DNA from: Candidatus Poribacteria bacterium
GTDB taxonomy: Bacteria; Poribacteria; WGA-4E; UBA9662
Direction: 5' to 3'
Assembly (NCBI GenBank): GCA_046582655.1
Contig: JAYGDX010000279.1
Location: 16,007 to 80,006, forward strand
Length of the DNA: 64,000 bases
The notes under the pieces are model-generated. The model saw nothing but the letters and a program-made list of their open reading frames with translations. It was not told the DNA's origin and ran no database searches. The position numbers and the translations under genes were made by a program. This document shows, one piece after another, positions 43,626 through 54,535 of this stretch. The stretch's first letter is position 1. The number at the start of each line of letters is the position of its first letter.

Positions 43626-46113
43626 TCAGTTGCTGTTGAAGTAACCAGCTTCAACCACACCATCAAATCCTTCGGTTAAAACATCAATTCCAAATATAGC
43701 GTAATCAGGACACGAAACACCGGAAATGAAATATCGTGCCTGTTGACTGGCTTGAATCATTTTCTCAGTTGTCATTCCGATTACACCGACTAAGTTCTCA
43801 TCCGTATCAAATCGGGGATAGGTGAAAAATACGCCGTAATCGTCTTCATATTGGAGTTGGCCGAACTTGATAATGTTATGCTTAACTTGGATCGGTGACG
43901 TTACTAAAAGTTGATCAAACACAGAATTGATATCAGCGTGGCCGTACAATATTAGACCTCTTGCATAAGTAGTAAAACTCACCAGAATTCTATAGCCGAG
44001 AGGCACCTAAATTCATTGAATACGTGGGCTTAAAAATCTCCGAACTTTTATTTCTTTGACTTATGCAAGAGGTCTATTATGTTCTGATTAGGGAATTGAT
44101 CGAGGTTGAAGTCTTTGTCTGAAATGATTTGCACGTTGCCGTTGCCACGGTACCATCACGCCTGCTGGTCATAACGTACCTTGGCTATCAAAGCATGGTT
44201 TTCTTTGTCAGAACCATTGGTGTCGTAGACCCAGACCATGTTTTTGTTGAATGCTTGTTTAAAGGGACCGTTCCGGTGTGTACCCTTTAGTAACAGATCT
44301 GGATCTCCAGTTAGAATCCATTGTCCCTCTGTGGTACGAACAAGGTTGGTCCGTAGGTCTTTCTGAACGGTGATTTCAGTATTGTCAATGTTCAGTTTCA
44401 CTTCTTTTTGTGGCATAATGTCTTTTAGATTCAGTTGCAGTCGCGCAGTATTTTCGGTTTTAATTTTGATCTGCCCTCGTCGTAAGCATCTGCCTGTATG
44501 CTACTGAGTTCCTCAGGGGTGATTTGCGAGTGGATAGTAGCCCAGGCATAAGTCGACGATATCGATGGATTTGGTGTTTTGAATCGAATTGAAAGTGGGG
44601 ACATAGGATTTGGGTGACGGCGGAAGAATTCTATCATCGGTTGCCAATCCACTGATTCGTTTCCAAACCAGTGGCCTGCGTCTGTCTTCTCATGATAAAT
44701 AAAGTTTTGATGGAATTTTTCAAGTTTTGCAACAATTTTGTGTGATTCTGTTGCTGGGACGTTGCTGTCCTTCTCTCCATGCAAGATGTAGATGGGTAAG
44801 TGGGTATAGTTTTCAACCATTCCGAAGACGTCGTTTTCCAGGTCAGATGAGGCAAACGGTGTATTGCTTAGATCTATTTTCCCATAGATGACGTCGCGAT
44901 AGGAAGCGAAGGTAATCCAGCCCGCTGCTGGCCCAAGTGCGGCGGATTTTGATGGGTATAGCGCACCGATATACCAAGTCCCGCGCCCTCCCATCAAGTG
45001 TCCGGTCAAATAGATATGTCTTGGGTCAATCTGATGTTGATTGATGACTAGATTAAGCGTCTCAAGGGCATCTAACCGTCCCCATTCTTGCCAGTCAAAA
45101 CCATAAGGCCGGTGGTTGGTTGGTGCGATACAGAACGCTTTGGTTTTGGCTTGATAGCACGCTGCTTGACCGGTAGCTTCAACGGCTGCACCGTGAAGGG
45201 AAAGGTAAAGGGCATATGATTTTTTCGGATCGAAATTTCTAGGAGGCACAACGGCAAAGTATTGAGTGGATCCATCGATTTCCGATTTTTTAGTGGCGCG
45301 ATATTGATGTCCTTTTGCTCGAACAGATAAAGCGAGGCTGACCGCCGTGGTGGAGTTGTTGTTCGAACCATCTTGATGAAGTAGGGTAATTACCAAGCTG
45401 TGTTGTCCGACATCGTTGAGTTCATTTCCCCTTGGTTGGCGTAGTTGTTTCATGGGGAAAGCGGGCTTTGCTAGGGCGTAGGGTAACAACGGATTCAGTT
45501 CAATTTCGGTTTTCTCAAACACCTCGTCGTCACCAAATTCAAGTCTAACATTTTTAAGAACTCGATCAGTATGGTTCAAAACCACCACCGCACCGTAACT
45601 GTCGATTAACGTGTCCTGACGCAAATCTGGAAAAAGCATGTCCCGAGGATTAATTGAGCAGGTTTCTTCAGTACGAATGAGTTTCAACTTGAATGCCCCA
45701 CGTACTACTCGTACAAGAAACTTGTTTTTTCCCTTTTTTAAAGGGATTACCAAGTGAAGAAGTCCAGCTGAATAGAAGTCACCGAAAAACCGATCGCCGT
45801 TGACGAAAATCGAGTGGAATCCTTGGCCCTGCAGAAACACCGTTTGAGGCTATTCTGATTCATATTCACAATACGCCCATCCGTCACGAAAAAATTTGTA
45901 TTGACATGGCCATCTTCATTGGCAGTTGCCGTTTCCTTACCATTTGGGTGTGAAATTGGAGTTCTCCATGACTTGAAGTAGTACAGGATCTTTTACAAAC
46001 AATAATCGTCCACTAGTTTCCTGATGCGCAGCGACTTGCCATATTTGAGGCTGTTTGATTTCTGGACTTTGGGTTGTAACAGCCAATGTCAGGTAGGTGA
46101 GTAAGGTCATCAT
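43626..46113 (-). pseudogene. Secreted esterase / prolyl-oligopeptidase-like alpha/beta hydrolase pseudogene
   Basis: ATG 46113 after GAGG; SEIDGSTQYFAV, LSLHGA, GHLMGG (Ser lost), ILHGEKD, GHW; frameshifts, TGA at 44156, MITE insertion. Confidence 0.85.
43955..44074. mobile_element. 120-bp MITE
   Basis: Perfect TIRs GACCTCTTGCATAAGT / ACTTATGCAAGAGGTC flanked by the direct repeat TATTA (43950-54, 44075-79); removal restores the host frame. Confidence 0.92.
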
Positions 46114-46267
46114 GGTATTTTTTCCTCAAATGTTAACGTAGTTTTCATTGGAGTTGTATTTCATACTACCAGATCTCTGTGATGGTTTACTAAATTGATT
46201 GTCCGCTTTTTTTGGTTTTCAAAGTAACGATTGTATTAGGCTTAGTATGATATTTTCTTCCTTGATT

Positions 46268-47044
46268 TTAGTGGTACTCTCTTCTTTGAAAAAGCTGAAC
46301 ACCCAAACAGAGAAACACGAGTGTAATCATTAAAAGTATGGAAATTGCAATCCAGCCAGTGGTTAGTTCCGTTTGTTTCAATAACATTTGGGCTCTATTC
46401 GAGAGGTTTCGTTTGGGGAAAATTGATAGCAGATGATGAATAACTGAAATTTTTTTGATATTCCCTGGTACAGCGATGGTAATTTTCTCCCAGCCAAAAG
46501 CAATAAGTAATCCCCATAGTATGGGGTGTTTAAAGCTGACACTCAGAACAACGAAAATGCTGCCATACGCTAGTAATCCAAGGATGATAACAGCTAGATA
46601 CTTCATGCTCATGCTAAGGTGGAACAGGACATTCTCTGGCATTTTAGGATGTGTGGCAATAATCAGCGTAAAGATAAGATGTGAAGGAGCAATAAATAGA
46701 ACTGATCCAACTAGATATGCCAGAAATTTACTCAACAGCAACTTTAATTTTTGAATCGGTCGCATGAGAAGAAAAGATAGGGTTTGATCTTCAATCTCAT
46801 CAGCAATAGTGGCGGAAGCATAAAAGAGCGAAATTAACACCGTAATTACCATCAGATAAAATGTGACTGTTATGTTCGGAATGAACTTTATGACCTGACG
46901 AGTATTATGTTTAGTTAATCGGAATACTATCGCAACTAAAATCGGTGAGAGACTCATCACTAGTATGAAAATTGATTTTCGACTTGCCAGTATCTGTCGC
47001 AGCGTGTGTTTGAAGATGATAGAATATGGTCTCAGGTTTTGCAT
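46268..47044 (-). CDS. ABC-2 type transporter permease
   Basis: ADEIEDQTLSFLLMRPI..LLLSKFLA motif; about 6 TM helices; no ATPase gene adjacent. Confidence 0.85.
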   Translation of the reverse strand: MQNLRPYSIIFKHTLRQILASRKSIFILVMSLSPILVAIVFRLTKHNTRQVIKFIPNITVTFYLMVITVLISLFYASATIADEIEDQTLSFLLMRPIQKLKLLLSKFLAYLVGSVLFIAPSHLIFTLIIATHPKMPENVLFHLSMSMKYLAVIILGLLAYGSIFVVLSVSFKHPILWGLLIAFGWEKITIAVPGNIKKISVIHHLLSIFPKRNLSNRAQMLLKQTELTTGWIAISILLMITLVFLCLGVQLFQRREYH

Positions 47045-47183
47045 CGCCGATCATATTCTATCAGAAATCACTTGTTATCGTAAGTCTCAATTATTTTTTA
47101 CCAGTCGAAGATCTATCTTTACACTATTGTCTTCAATTAGCTATTATTATCTTTAGACTAGGCAGTAAGAGGAAACAGCTGAG

Positions 47184-50012
47184 ATGAAATCTGGACGTAC
47201 AATTATTTCTTTTATTCTTATCTTGATGATATGTGTAGGTTCTGATCTATTGTGGGCAGATACTGATTGGAAAGAGGACTTAGAAAAAGACTATAAAAAA
47301 GTGCTGGAATCCAAGAGAGCAAAAAACCACCGTGGTTTGGTGATGAAATGGCACAATAAGGGGCATCTGGCAGATTTGATTGCCATTTATCAAGCGAATA
47401 TAACTCCGCAGGATCCTGATCCTAACGTACACTATGGTCTCGGCTATGCGTACGCGGTACAGGACACAGATTTGGATTTAGCAGTTGAACAGTTTCAGCG
47501 AGCAATTGCTGTTGATCAAGATTTGCTTTCAGCACATTTTGCGCTTGGCAGACTCTATCAGAAACAGAAAGAATTTGATTTGGCCTTGCAGGAGATGAAT
47601 GAATGCATTCGGATCGATTCCAAGTATCATGGGGCACACTTTAAACGGGGCCAGATTTTTTTGGAGCAGAAACAACTCAATCAGGCACTTCAAGCGTTCC
47701 AGACCGTTTTGGACATCAAACCTGCTGGAGTTCGTGCCGCACTTGGCATTAAGTCAAAAACGGAATGGCATCATCGTGCTGAGTATGGAATCGGAGTCGT
47801 CCATTTTCTGCGCGGGGAAAACGATCTGGCACGCGAAGCTTTCGAGTCGGTTATTGGTCAGAAAAAAGATTTTGCTCCGGCACGCTATAAACTGGGGCAG
47901 GTTCTGGCAATAGATCGACTTTACGACGACGCGTTGCTAGAGTATGAAAAGGCATCCAAATATCAACCCTGTACAGCTGCACTCTGGTATGAATTAGCTG
48001 TTATTTTTGAGGATCGGCAAAAAATCGATGGTGCGATTGATTTATATAAACGAGCAATCGCGCTTGATCCACAACACCCATTATCGCACTTCCAACTTGG
48101 TGGTATTTATTATGAACGTGGTGAACAGGCACTGGCCATGGAACACTACAAAGCCGCAGTGGCGGCTGATTCATCACTGGAAAACTATTTCTTGGATCAG
48201 GTGCCGCAGTATTACTCGGCGCTGATTAGCGCGGACGAAGCGCGATCTCTACTTGATTGGTCATTAATTGTTAAACCGAATGATCCGCTTGCCTACTTTT
48301 ATTACGCACAGATCGAAGCCAATGAAGGGAATCCAACTGAGGCAATTCAGTACTATGAAAAGACAGTTTCGCTAGATCCTGATTATGCTGATGTTTACTT
48401 TCCATTGGGTGATCTTTACTATGATCAAGGAGATCGGGAGAGCGCCGCCCGTGTTTATCAACGAGGAATTAAGTTGGATCCAAATTTGAAACCTCATTTC
48501 TTCGACCTGGGGAAAACTCATTTTGAAGCTAATCAATTTGAAGCGGCAATTGTGCCCTTCGATAAGTATTTGCTGATCGATTCAGGGAATGTGGAGGCAA
48601 CTTTCCTGCTCGGACAGTGTTATCAGGAGACGGAAGATTTTGACAATGCCCTTCGCTTCTATGCACGGACGATAGAACTTGACCCAAATCATAAAGAAGC
48701 CTTGATTCGCTCAGCTCGGATTTACAGGATGAAAAACGATCCGGAAAATGCGCTTGTCATGTTGATTAGGTTAACCGCAATCGATCCGGAGAATGTGCAG
48801 GCTCACTATCTATCTGGGCTATGTCACGTAGATCTAAAGGACAGTAATGCCGCCTTAGTTTCGTTTATAGAGACGACGCGGCTTGATCCCGATCATGTCG
48901 ATGGTCATTTTCAGGCAGGTCTCATCTACGAACAAAAAGGGGATCTTGATAATGCTGTAAGTCGATACGAGCGGACGATTGAGCTAGATCAATCCAAAGC
49001 CGAACCGTTCTTGCGTCTCGGTCAGATTTACTTTGATCGTGGAGATAAAACCAACGTCATTCGTGTCTGGGAACCAGGATTAGAACTGGAGCCAAATCAT
49101 CCACAGAAACAGTACGATTTGGCTGAAATCTTTGAAGAACGAGATCAACGAGAAAAAGCCATTAAGCACTTTGGTTTGGCCAATGAGTATGACCCAAGTC
49201 ACTATGATTGGCATTTTCGTTACGCACGTTTACTCGATCGACATGCGTTAACTGTTGAGGATTACCATTTACATGCAGAAATGGCGGTAGATGAATATGG
49301 CAAGACCATCGGATTAGCTCCCAGTTACGCGCCAGCGTTTTTTAATCGGGGATTAATCACACGCCGATATCGCCAAATTGGCAAAACACTGCATAGATCT
49401 AGTAAGATCGCTGAAGATTTTAAACGGGTGATTACCCTCCAACCCAAAAATGCAGATGCACATTACCATCTCGCCATGACTGAACTTGACTTGGATAATC
49501 GTTACAAAGCCAAAGAATTTTTTGAGAAAACGCTAAGGATCCAGCCAGGATACAATGGAGTGAACGTTGAACTGGGTGCCATTATCGAATGGGAGCAGGA
49601 CTTCCGTAAAGCCATCAAATACTATGAAAAAGAGATCACAGTCGATGTCAAGTGTGCTCGTGCCTATCAACGGCTGGGAGATCTTTATCGAAGTTACGAA
49701 ATGGACTTTGAAAAGGCTGTAAAAATGCTCAAAAAAGCTTTAGAATTAGATCCGAATCATGTGCCCTCCTTACTGAATTATGGCAATACATTATTTAATA
49801 TGGACCAACTTGGTCGTGCGGCGGAACAGTTTGAAATGGCGTTACAAATTGATCCGGAGGATCTGACGGCAAACTATAATCTGGCTTTAATGTATGAATA
49901 CAGCGATAAAAGGCAGTTAGCCATTGATCGATGGAAACGATTTTTGAAGCTTAAGCCACCTGCCGAATGGAAAGCAGATGCCAGTGAGCATCTTCGAGGG
50001 CTCGGTCAATAA
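47184..50012 (+). CDS. Secreted tetratricopeptide repeat protein
   Basis: N-terminal signal peptide and about 20 TPR units (AxxxLG..A...Y.kal.ldP). Confidence 0.93.
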   Translation: MKSGRTIISFILILMICVGSDLLWADTDWKEDLEKDYKKVLESKRAKNHRGLVMKWHNKGHLADLIAIYQANITPQDPDPNVHYGLGYAYAVQDTDLDLAVEQFQRAIAVDQDLLSAHFALGRLYQKQKEFDLALQEMNECIRIDSKYHGAHFKRGQIFLEQKQLNQALQAFQTVLDIKPAGVRAALGIKSKTEWHHRAEYGIGVVHFLRGENDLAREAFESVIGQKKDFAPARYKLGQVLAIDRLYDDALLEYEKASKYQPCTAALWYELAVIFEDRQKIDGAIDLYKRAIALDPQHPLSHFQLGGIYYERGEQALAMEHYKAAVAADSSLENYFLDQVPQYYSALISADEARSLLDWSLIVKPNDPLAYFYYAQIEANEGNPTEAIQYYEKTVSLDPDYADVYFPLGDLYYDQGDRESAARVYQRGIKLDPNLKPHFFDLGKTHFEANQFEAAIVPFDKYLLIDSGNVEATFLLGQCYQETEDFDNALRFYARTIELDPNHKEALIRSARIYRMKNDPENALVMLIRLTAIDPENVQAHYLSGLCHVDLKDSNAALVSFIETTRLDPDHVDGHFQAGLIYEQKGDLDNAVSRYERTIELDQSKAEPFLRLGQIYFDRGDKTNVIRVWEPGLELEPNHPQKQYDLAEIFEERDQREKAIKHFGLANEYDPSHYDWHFRYARLLDRHALTVEDYHLHAEMAVDEYGKTIGLAPSYAPAFFNRGLITRRYRQIGKTLHRSSKIAEDFKRVITLQPKNADAHYHLAMTELDLDNRYKAKEFFEKTLRIQPGYNGVNVELGAIIEWEQDFRKAIKYYEKEITVDVKCARAYQRLGDLYRSYEMDFEKAVKMLKKALELDPNHVPSLLNYGNTLFNMDQLGRAAEQFEMALQIDPEDLTANYNLALMYEYSDKRQLAIDRWKRFLKLKPPAEWKADASEHLRGLGQ

Positions 50013-50289
50013 GGATTTTTTCGTTCTTCTCTCGTTACACTCATCACGCTGGGAAAGCGGACTTAAGGTATAAGTAAATCTGATATGGTTATCATAATCC
50101 CATTTGGAATACACGATTCGACCTAGTCGAGATGTCTCACTTCATTACCAACCCGCATGCTTCGGTTAAACTCCGAATGAAATTTCTTGGTTGATCAGAT
50201 ACAGTGTTCTAAAATTTTGGACTGTCATATATTAGTCTGTCAATTTCACATATGAGGTTTAAAGTCTTGATATCGGTGGAGATGCATGG

Positions 50290-51342
50290 ATGAAAGTCTA
50301 TACTGTTGGAGTGATTGGCTGTGGCCGAATTGCAAGTTTATTGGAGCAGGAAACGCATCGTGGCAATCCAAACACACATGCGGGTTGTTACGACTACTAT
50401 CATAGAACCCGTATCGTAGCTGCAGCTGATATGTCCGATCAGCGTCGCCAGGCTTTTGGGTCAAGATGGGGTGTTTCTGGCCTTTACAAGGATTGGCAGG
50501 AGATGCTAGACATTGAGGATCTTGATATTGTTAGTGTTTGTACCTATCCAATTCCACATCGGGATATGGTTGTTGCTGCCGCTCAGTCGGGTGTCAAAGC
50601 CATATTCTGTGAAAAAGCTATGGCGACAGTTTTAGGTCAGGCCGATGAGATGATTGACATCTGTCAAAAAAATAATGTCAAACTCAGTATCAACCATGGA
50701 CGCAGATGGGATTGGCAATACCGAAAAGTCAAAGAACTCATAGATCAGGAATATATTGGTGTACTGCAGTCCATGACGCTCCATTTTAGCGCTGGGCTGG
50801 CCAATAATGGAACCCACTATTTCGATATGCTCCGCTTTTTTGCGGGAAATGTTCAGTGGGCGGTTGGTTGTTTAGTTGACAAAGATTCCCTTGACCCGCG
50901 GGGAAGTGGTTATTTTCACTTCAAAAATGATGTGCAGTGCATTGTTAATGGATCCTTTGGAGCAGGGGCACAACACCTCTTTGAATTGATAGGATCTAAG
51001 GGACGTATCGTAGTTACCAACACACGGCCTCCTCAGTTCAAGATTTATGTTGGCGACAAAGAGGAATTGTTTCCTGACATGCCGAAGGATCAAGAAATCA
51101 ATACTTTTGGTTCTGGTCGATGTGTGATTCCTTTATCGGTTGTGGAAATTGTCAACGGTCTGGATTTGGATCAAGATTCTATCTCAACTGGACATGATGG
51201 ACGGGCAGCACTGGAAATGGTTCTTTCTTTTCACGAGTCAGAACGGTTGGGCAACAGTCGAGTGGATTTTCCTATGCAGAACCGTGACATTTGTGTCTTG
51301 GTTCGAAACGAAGATTTTATCAGCAGTGCAGTTCCAGAATAG
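50290..51342 (+). CDS. Gfo/Idh/MocA family oxidoreductase
   Basis: VIGCGRIA, CEKAMA, GTHYFD. Confidence 0.92.
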   Translation: MKVYTVGVIGCGRIASLLEQETHRGNPNTHAGCYDYYHRTRIVAAADMSDQRRQAFGSRWGVSGLYKDWQEMLDIEDLDIVSVCTYPIPHRDMVVAAAQSGVKAIFCEKAMATVLGQADEMIDICQKNNVKLSINHGRRWDWQYRKVKELIDQEYIGVLQSMTLHFSAGLANNGTHYFDMLRFFAGNVQWAVGCLVDKDSLDPRGSGYFHFKNDVQCIVNGSFGAGAQHLFELIGSKGRIVVTNTRPPQFKIYVGDKEELFPDMPKDQEINTFGSGRCVIPLSVVEIVNGLDLDQDSISTGHDGRAALEMVLSFHESERLGNSRVDFPMQNRDICVLVRNEDFISSAVPE

Positions 51343-51366
51343 TTGGATCGCGTGAGGAGAAAACCG

Positions 51367-52425
51367 ATGGGTATAAGAGATGAAAAACTGGCAGTTGTAA
51401 TTGCTGGTTGTCACCGTATGTTAAATCGAACCCCGGGCAGTCATAATTTTGCAACTGCTTTTTGCCAAGTGGAAGAAACGGAAGTTGTGGCCGTTTTTGA
51501 TCTAGGCGCAGATACGCGGGCAGAATTTGTTTCGTGTTGGCATGATGTGTGGGGTGACATTCCGACTTACGACGACTATCCAAAAATGCTGAAAGAGACA
51601 AAACCCGACATCATTTGTATTGCAACTCGACAGACAATGCACGCCGAACAATCTGCTCTAGCTGCGGAGTCGGGAGTGCAGGGTATTATGTGTGATAAAC
51701 CACTGGTTACCAGTCTAGCGGAGATGGATAACCTCATTTCATCCTGTCAGAATATACCTCTCCTCCTGGCTCTTGATCGGCGATGGTTTGAACGATACAT
51801 TGTACTGGGAAACCAAATATCAGCTGGGATTATTGGTGAGATCAAAAGCATCGTTGCCTATGGTCTGCCAAACTTGATTAACCACGGTTGTCATTGGTAC
51901 GATACACTGCTCGCCTTAGCCGGTGACATTGAGCCAGTTTGGGTTAGTGGATTTGTTGACGATTTTCTGGCTGAACCGGAAGATTCCCGTCGTCGTATGG
52001 ACCCGTCTGGCCGTGCCCAAATTGGACTGGCAAACGGAACGGTTGTCTATGTTACGCCAGATGGTCTTCATTCAGGAGACGGGTTGCCAATAAGCTTTGA
52101 AGTGGTTGGTGAAACCGGCCGTTTGTTTATTCTGAACGATGCTCAGCAAAGTTTTGTCTGGAAGTCGGACAATCCAAGTCAGATTCAACCGGTTGAATTA
52201 CCTCAAGACATCGCTGTATGGCCTGCCGGTCCAGCCATGGTTAGAGATTTGGTTCAAGCCATTAAGACAGGTAGTCGAACTAAATGTGATGTCGATCAGG
52301 CTCGACGCACAACTGAGATCGGTTTTGCCATTCATGAATCATCAAAAAAGATTGGGGCTAAGGTTGATTTGCCAGTGACTGAGAGATTGTTATGTATTGA
52401 ATCATTTCCTTGGGGAAACGAATAA
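51367..52425 (+). CDS. Gfo/Idh/MocA family oxidoreductase
   Basis: IAGC, CDKPL, GCHWYD; ATG 51367 after GAGGAG. Confidence 0.88.
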   Translation: MGIRDEKLAVVIAGCHRMLNRTPGSHNFATAFCQVEETEVVAVFDLGADTRAEFVSCWHDVWGDIPTYDDYPKMLKETKPDIICIATRQTMHAEQSALAAESGVQGIMCDKPLVTSLAEMDNLISSCQNIPLLLALDRRWFERYIVLGNQISAGIIGEIKSIVAYGLPNLINHGCHWYDTLLALAGDIEPVWVSGFVDDFLAEPEDSRRRMDPSGRAQIGLANGTVVYVTPDGLHSGDGLPISFEVVGETGRLFILNDAQQSFVWKSDNPSQIQPVELPQDIAVWPAGPAMVRDLVQAIKTGSRTKCDVDQARRTTEIGFAIHESSKKIGAKVDLPVTERLLCIESFPWGNE

Positions 52426-52437
52426 AGGAGGGCTACG

Positions 52438-53382
52438 GTGGGATCTTACCGAGGTGCGGTTATTGGATGTGGAAGAATCGGGCAGCACAATTGATGACGA
52501 ACAGGTTGGTAAGCCCCAGTTCCGTTATCCTTGGGCTCATGTCCCCGCTTTTATCGAGGCACGAGGCATTGAACTGGTTGCGGCCTCAGACCTGTCAGTA
52601 GATCGACTTAATGATTTCAGTCGGAGATGGGGGATTACTGTCCTGTATACTGATTATCTTGAAATGGTTGCCAAGGAGCAGTCAGACATTGTCAGTGTGA
52701 CAACCCAAGCCGCTGAACGAGCAGAAATCATAATTAGTTTGGCCGAATTGGGCGTGCGAGCTATTTATACTACCAAACCGATGTGCCGAAGTTTAGCCGA
52801 AGCTGATATGATGATCGATACCTGCCGGAAAAACGGTGTAATCTTAGCGATTGCCTGTCACAAGAATTGGATTCCCTGGTTTCTTGCTTGTCTGGAATCA
52901 ATCCGAGAAGGAAAGATTGGTCGATTCTCCTCCATGGTCTGTAATTATGGTTGGAGTCTTTCCCGCGGTCATAGTCATACACTGGCTCTGTTTCGCCTTT
53001 TCACTGACGCGCCGGCCAAATGGGTTTTTGGACATATGAATAGTGATGAAGCCGCCGAAGGTGATGGAGATCTATCCGGCATGGGTATGATTCTTTACGA
53101 AAACGATATTCATGGGTTCCTCAGTACTGGTGGACGCCACACCCTGAGACTAGGGAACCGATGCGGCGTCAATTCCCCAATCCTAAAAGACCACGAAGTT
53201 CTCAACAAGCTGCTATTGAAGAATTGATCAAGAACTTGGACGATGGATCTGCACCTCTTTGTCCGGGCGAGCTTGGACGGGAAGCACTGGAGATCGCTAT
53301 TGCTTTAAGGGAATCACACCGCCGCAGCGGTGAAAAAATCGAATTGCCGCTTGAAGACCGAAGTTTGTTCATGCTGGCGTAA
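52438..53382 (+). pseudogene. Gfo/Idh/MocA oxidoreductase pseudogene
   Basis: GTG 52438 after AAGGAGG reads VGSYRGAVIGCGRIG, then a frameshift at ~52481; apparent deletion/frameshift near 53140. Confidence 0.82.
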
Positions 53383-53453
53383 TCTGGTATTATCTAGATA
53401 AGGCTCATAGTGAGAATTATATTAATCATAATTGAATTTGGAGTGTCCTAAAA

Positions 53454-54455
53454 ATGAAGGTAAAACTGGCACAATATGGTATCCTGCATGATCATGCGTC
53501 TGGCAAGGCTTGGGTCATGAAGGAAAGTGATGAGGTGGATTTTTGCGGCATATTTGAGCCGGATCTAAAAGCAAAGGAAGCGTTAGGTAACAACGATCCA
53601 TACCGGGATATTGGCTGGTTCTCAAGCAAAGGAGAGATGTTGGATGACGAAACTATCGATGGTATCGCTATCCAGGGACGTGTGGCAGACAATCTTGCGT
53701 TTGCTGATGAGGCTTTGGATCATAACAAGCATGTTTGGTTGGATAAGCCGGCTGGAGACAATTTGCAAGCGTTCCGTCAAGTTCTTTCGGTGGCAACTGA
53801 AAAAGGTTTACTTGTCCAACTCGGTTATATGTTTCGGTACAATGCGGGGTTCCAATTTGTTTTGGACTGGGCAAAGTCTGGAAAACTCGGTCATATATTT
53901 TCTGTACGCGCACGGATCTCATCCGGTGTGGTGAATGAATCGCATTGGGCACGTTGGAATTCCCCTGGTGAACGCGATGGGGGTATTCTCTTTATCTTGG
54001 CTTGCCATTTAATTGATATCATTGTCGCTTTATTGGGCCGGCCTGATATAGTAACCCCACACCTCCGGCACGATGGAGGTCACTTTCCGTGGTTTCAAGA
54101 TAATAGTGTCGTTGTCTTTGAGTATCCGCGTGCCATGGCTGTTCTTGAATCAACCGCTTTAGAAGTTGCTTCGGGCACATCAAGACGCCTAGAAGTCTAT
54201 GGTACTCAGGGAAGCATTATTATGGAACCGCTTGAACCACCTCAGTTAAGGCTCTGTTTAGACGCTGATCGAGACGGTTATAAGAAAGGGTGGCAGCATG
54301 TTCCTGTAGAACACCGTCCTCGATACGTTGATAGCTTACGCGCATTTGTGGCTGATATTCGTGGGGAGAAGAAACCGGACCGTTCACTTGAACATGAATT
54401 CACTGTTCAAGAAACTGTATTGCGTGCCTCACAAATTGAATCATCCATCAACTGA
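53454..54455 (+). CDS. Gfo/Idh/MocA family oxidoreductase
   Basis: QYGILHDHA, WLDKPAG, GYMFRYN, CHLID, EVYGTQG. Confidence 0.92.
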   Translation: MKVKLAQYGILHDHASGKAWVMKESDEVDFCGIFEPDLKAKEALGNNDPYRDIGWFSSKGEMLDDETIDGIAIQGRVADNLAFADEALDHNKHVWLDKPAGDNLQAFRQVLSVATEKGLLVQLGYMFRYNAGFQFVLDWAKSGKLGHIFSVRARISSGVVNESHWARWNSPGERDGGILFILACHLIDIIVALLGRPDIVTPHLRHDGGHFPWFQDNSVVVFEYPRAMAVLESTALEVASGTSRRLEVYGTQGSIIMEPLEPPQLRLCLDADRDGYKKGWQHVPVEHRPRYVDSLRAFVADIRGEKKPDRSLEHEFTVQETVLRASQIESSIN

Positions 54456-54535
54456 GTGTTGCTGATGGTTGCTTGTAATCGCAATTCATTCTGGTACCTG
54501 TTTAAATTAACTGTTCTAGAGTTTTTCCGTCAGTC

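Noticed and set aside
43626..44158. TGA at probable Trp positions, suggesting genetic code 4 or selenocysteine
   Set aside because: Intact genes (PhyH, ubiD, cyaB) end in TGA, and this gene has frameshifts, a MITE and a lost catalytic Ser
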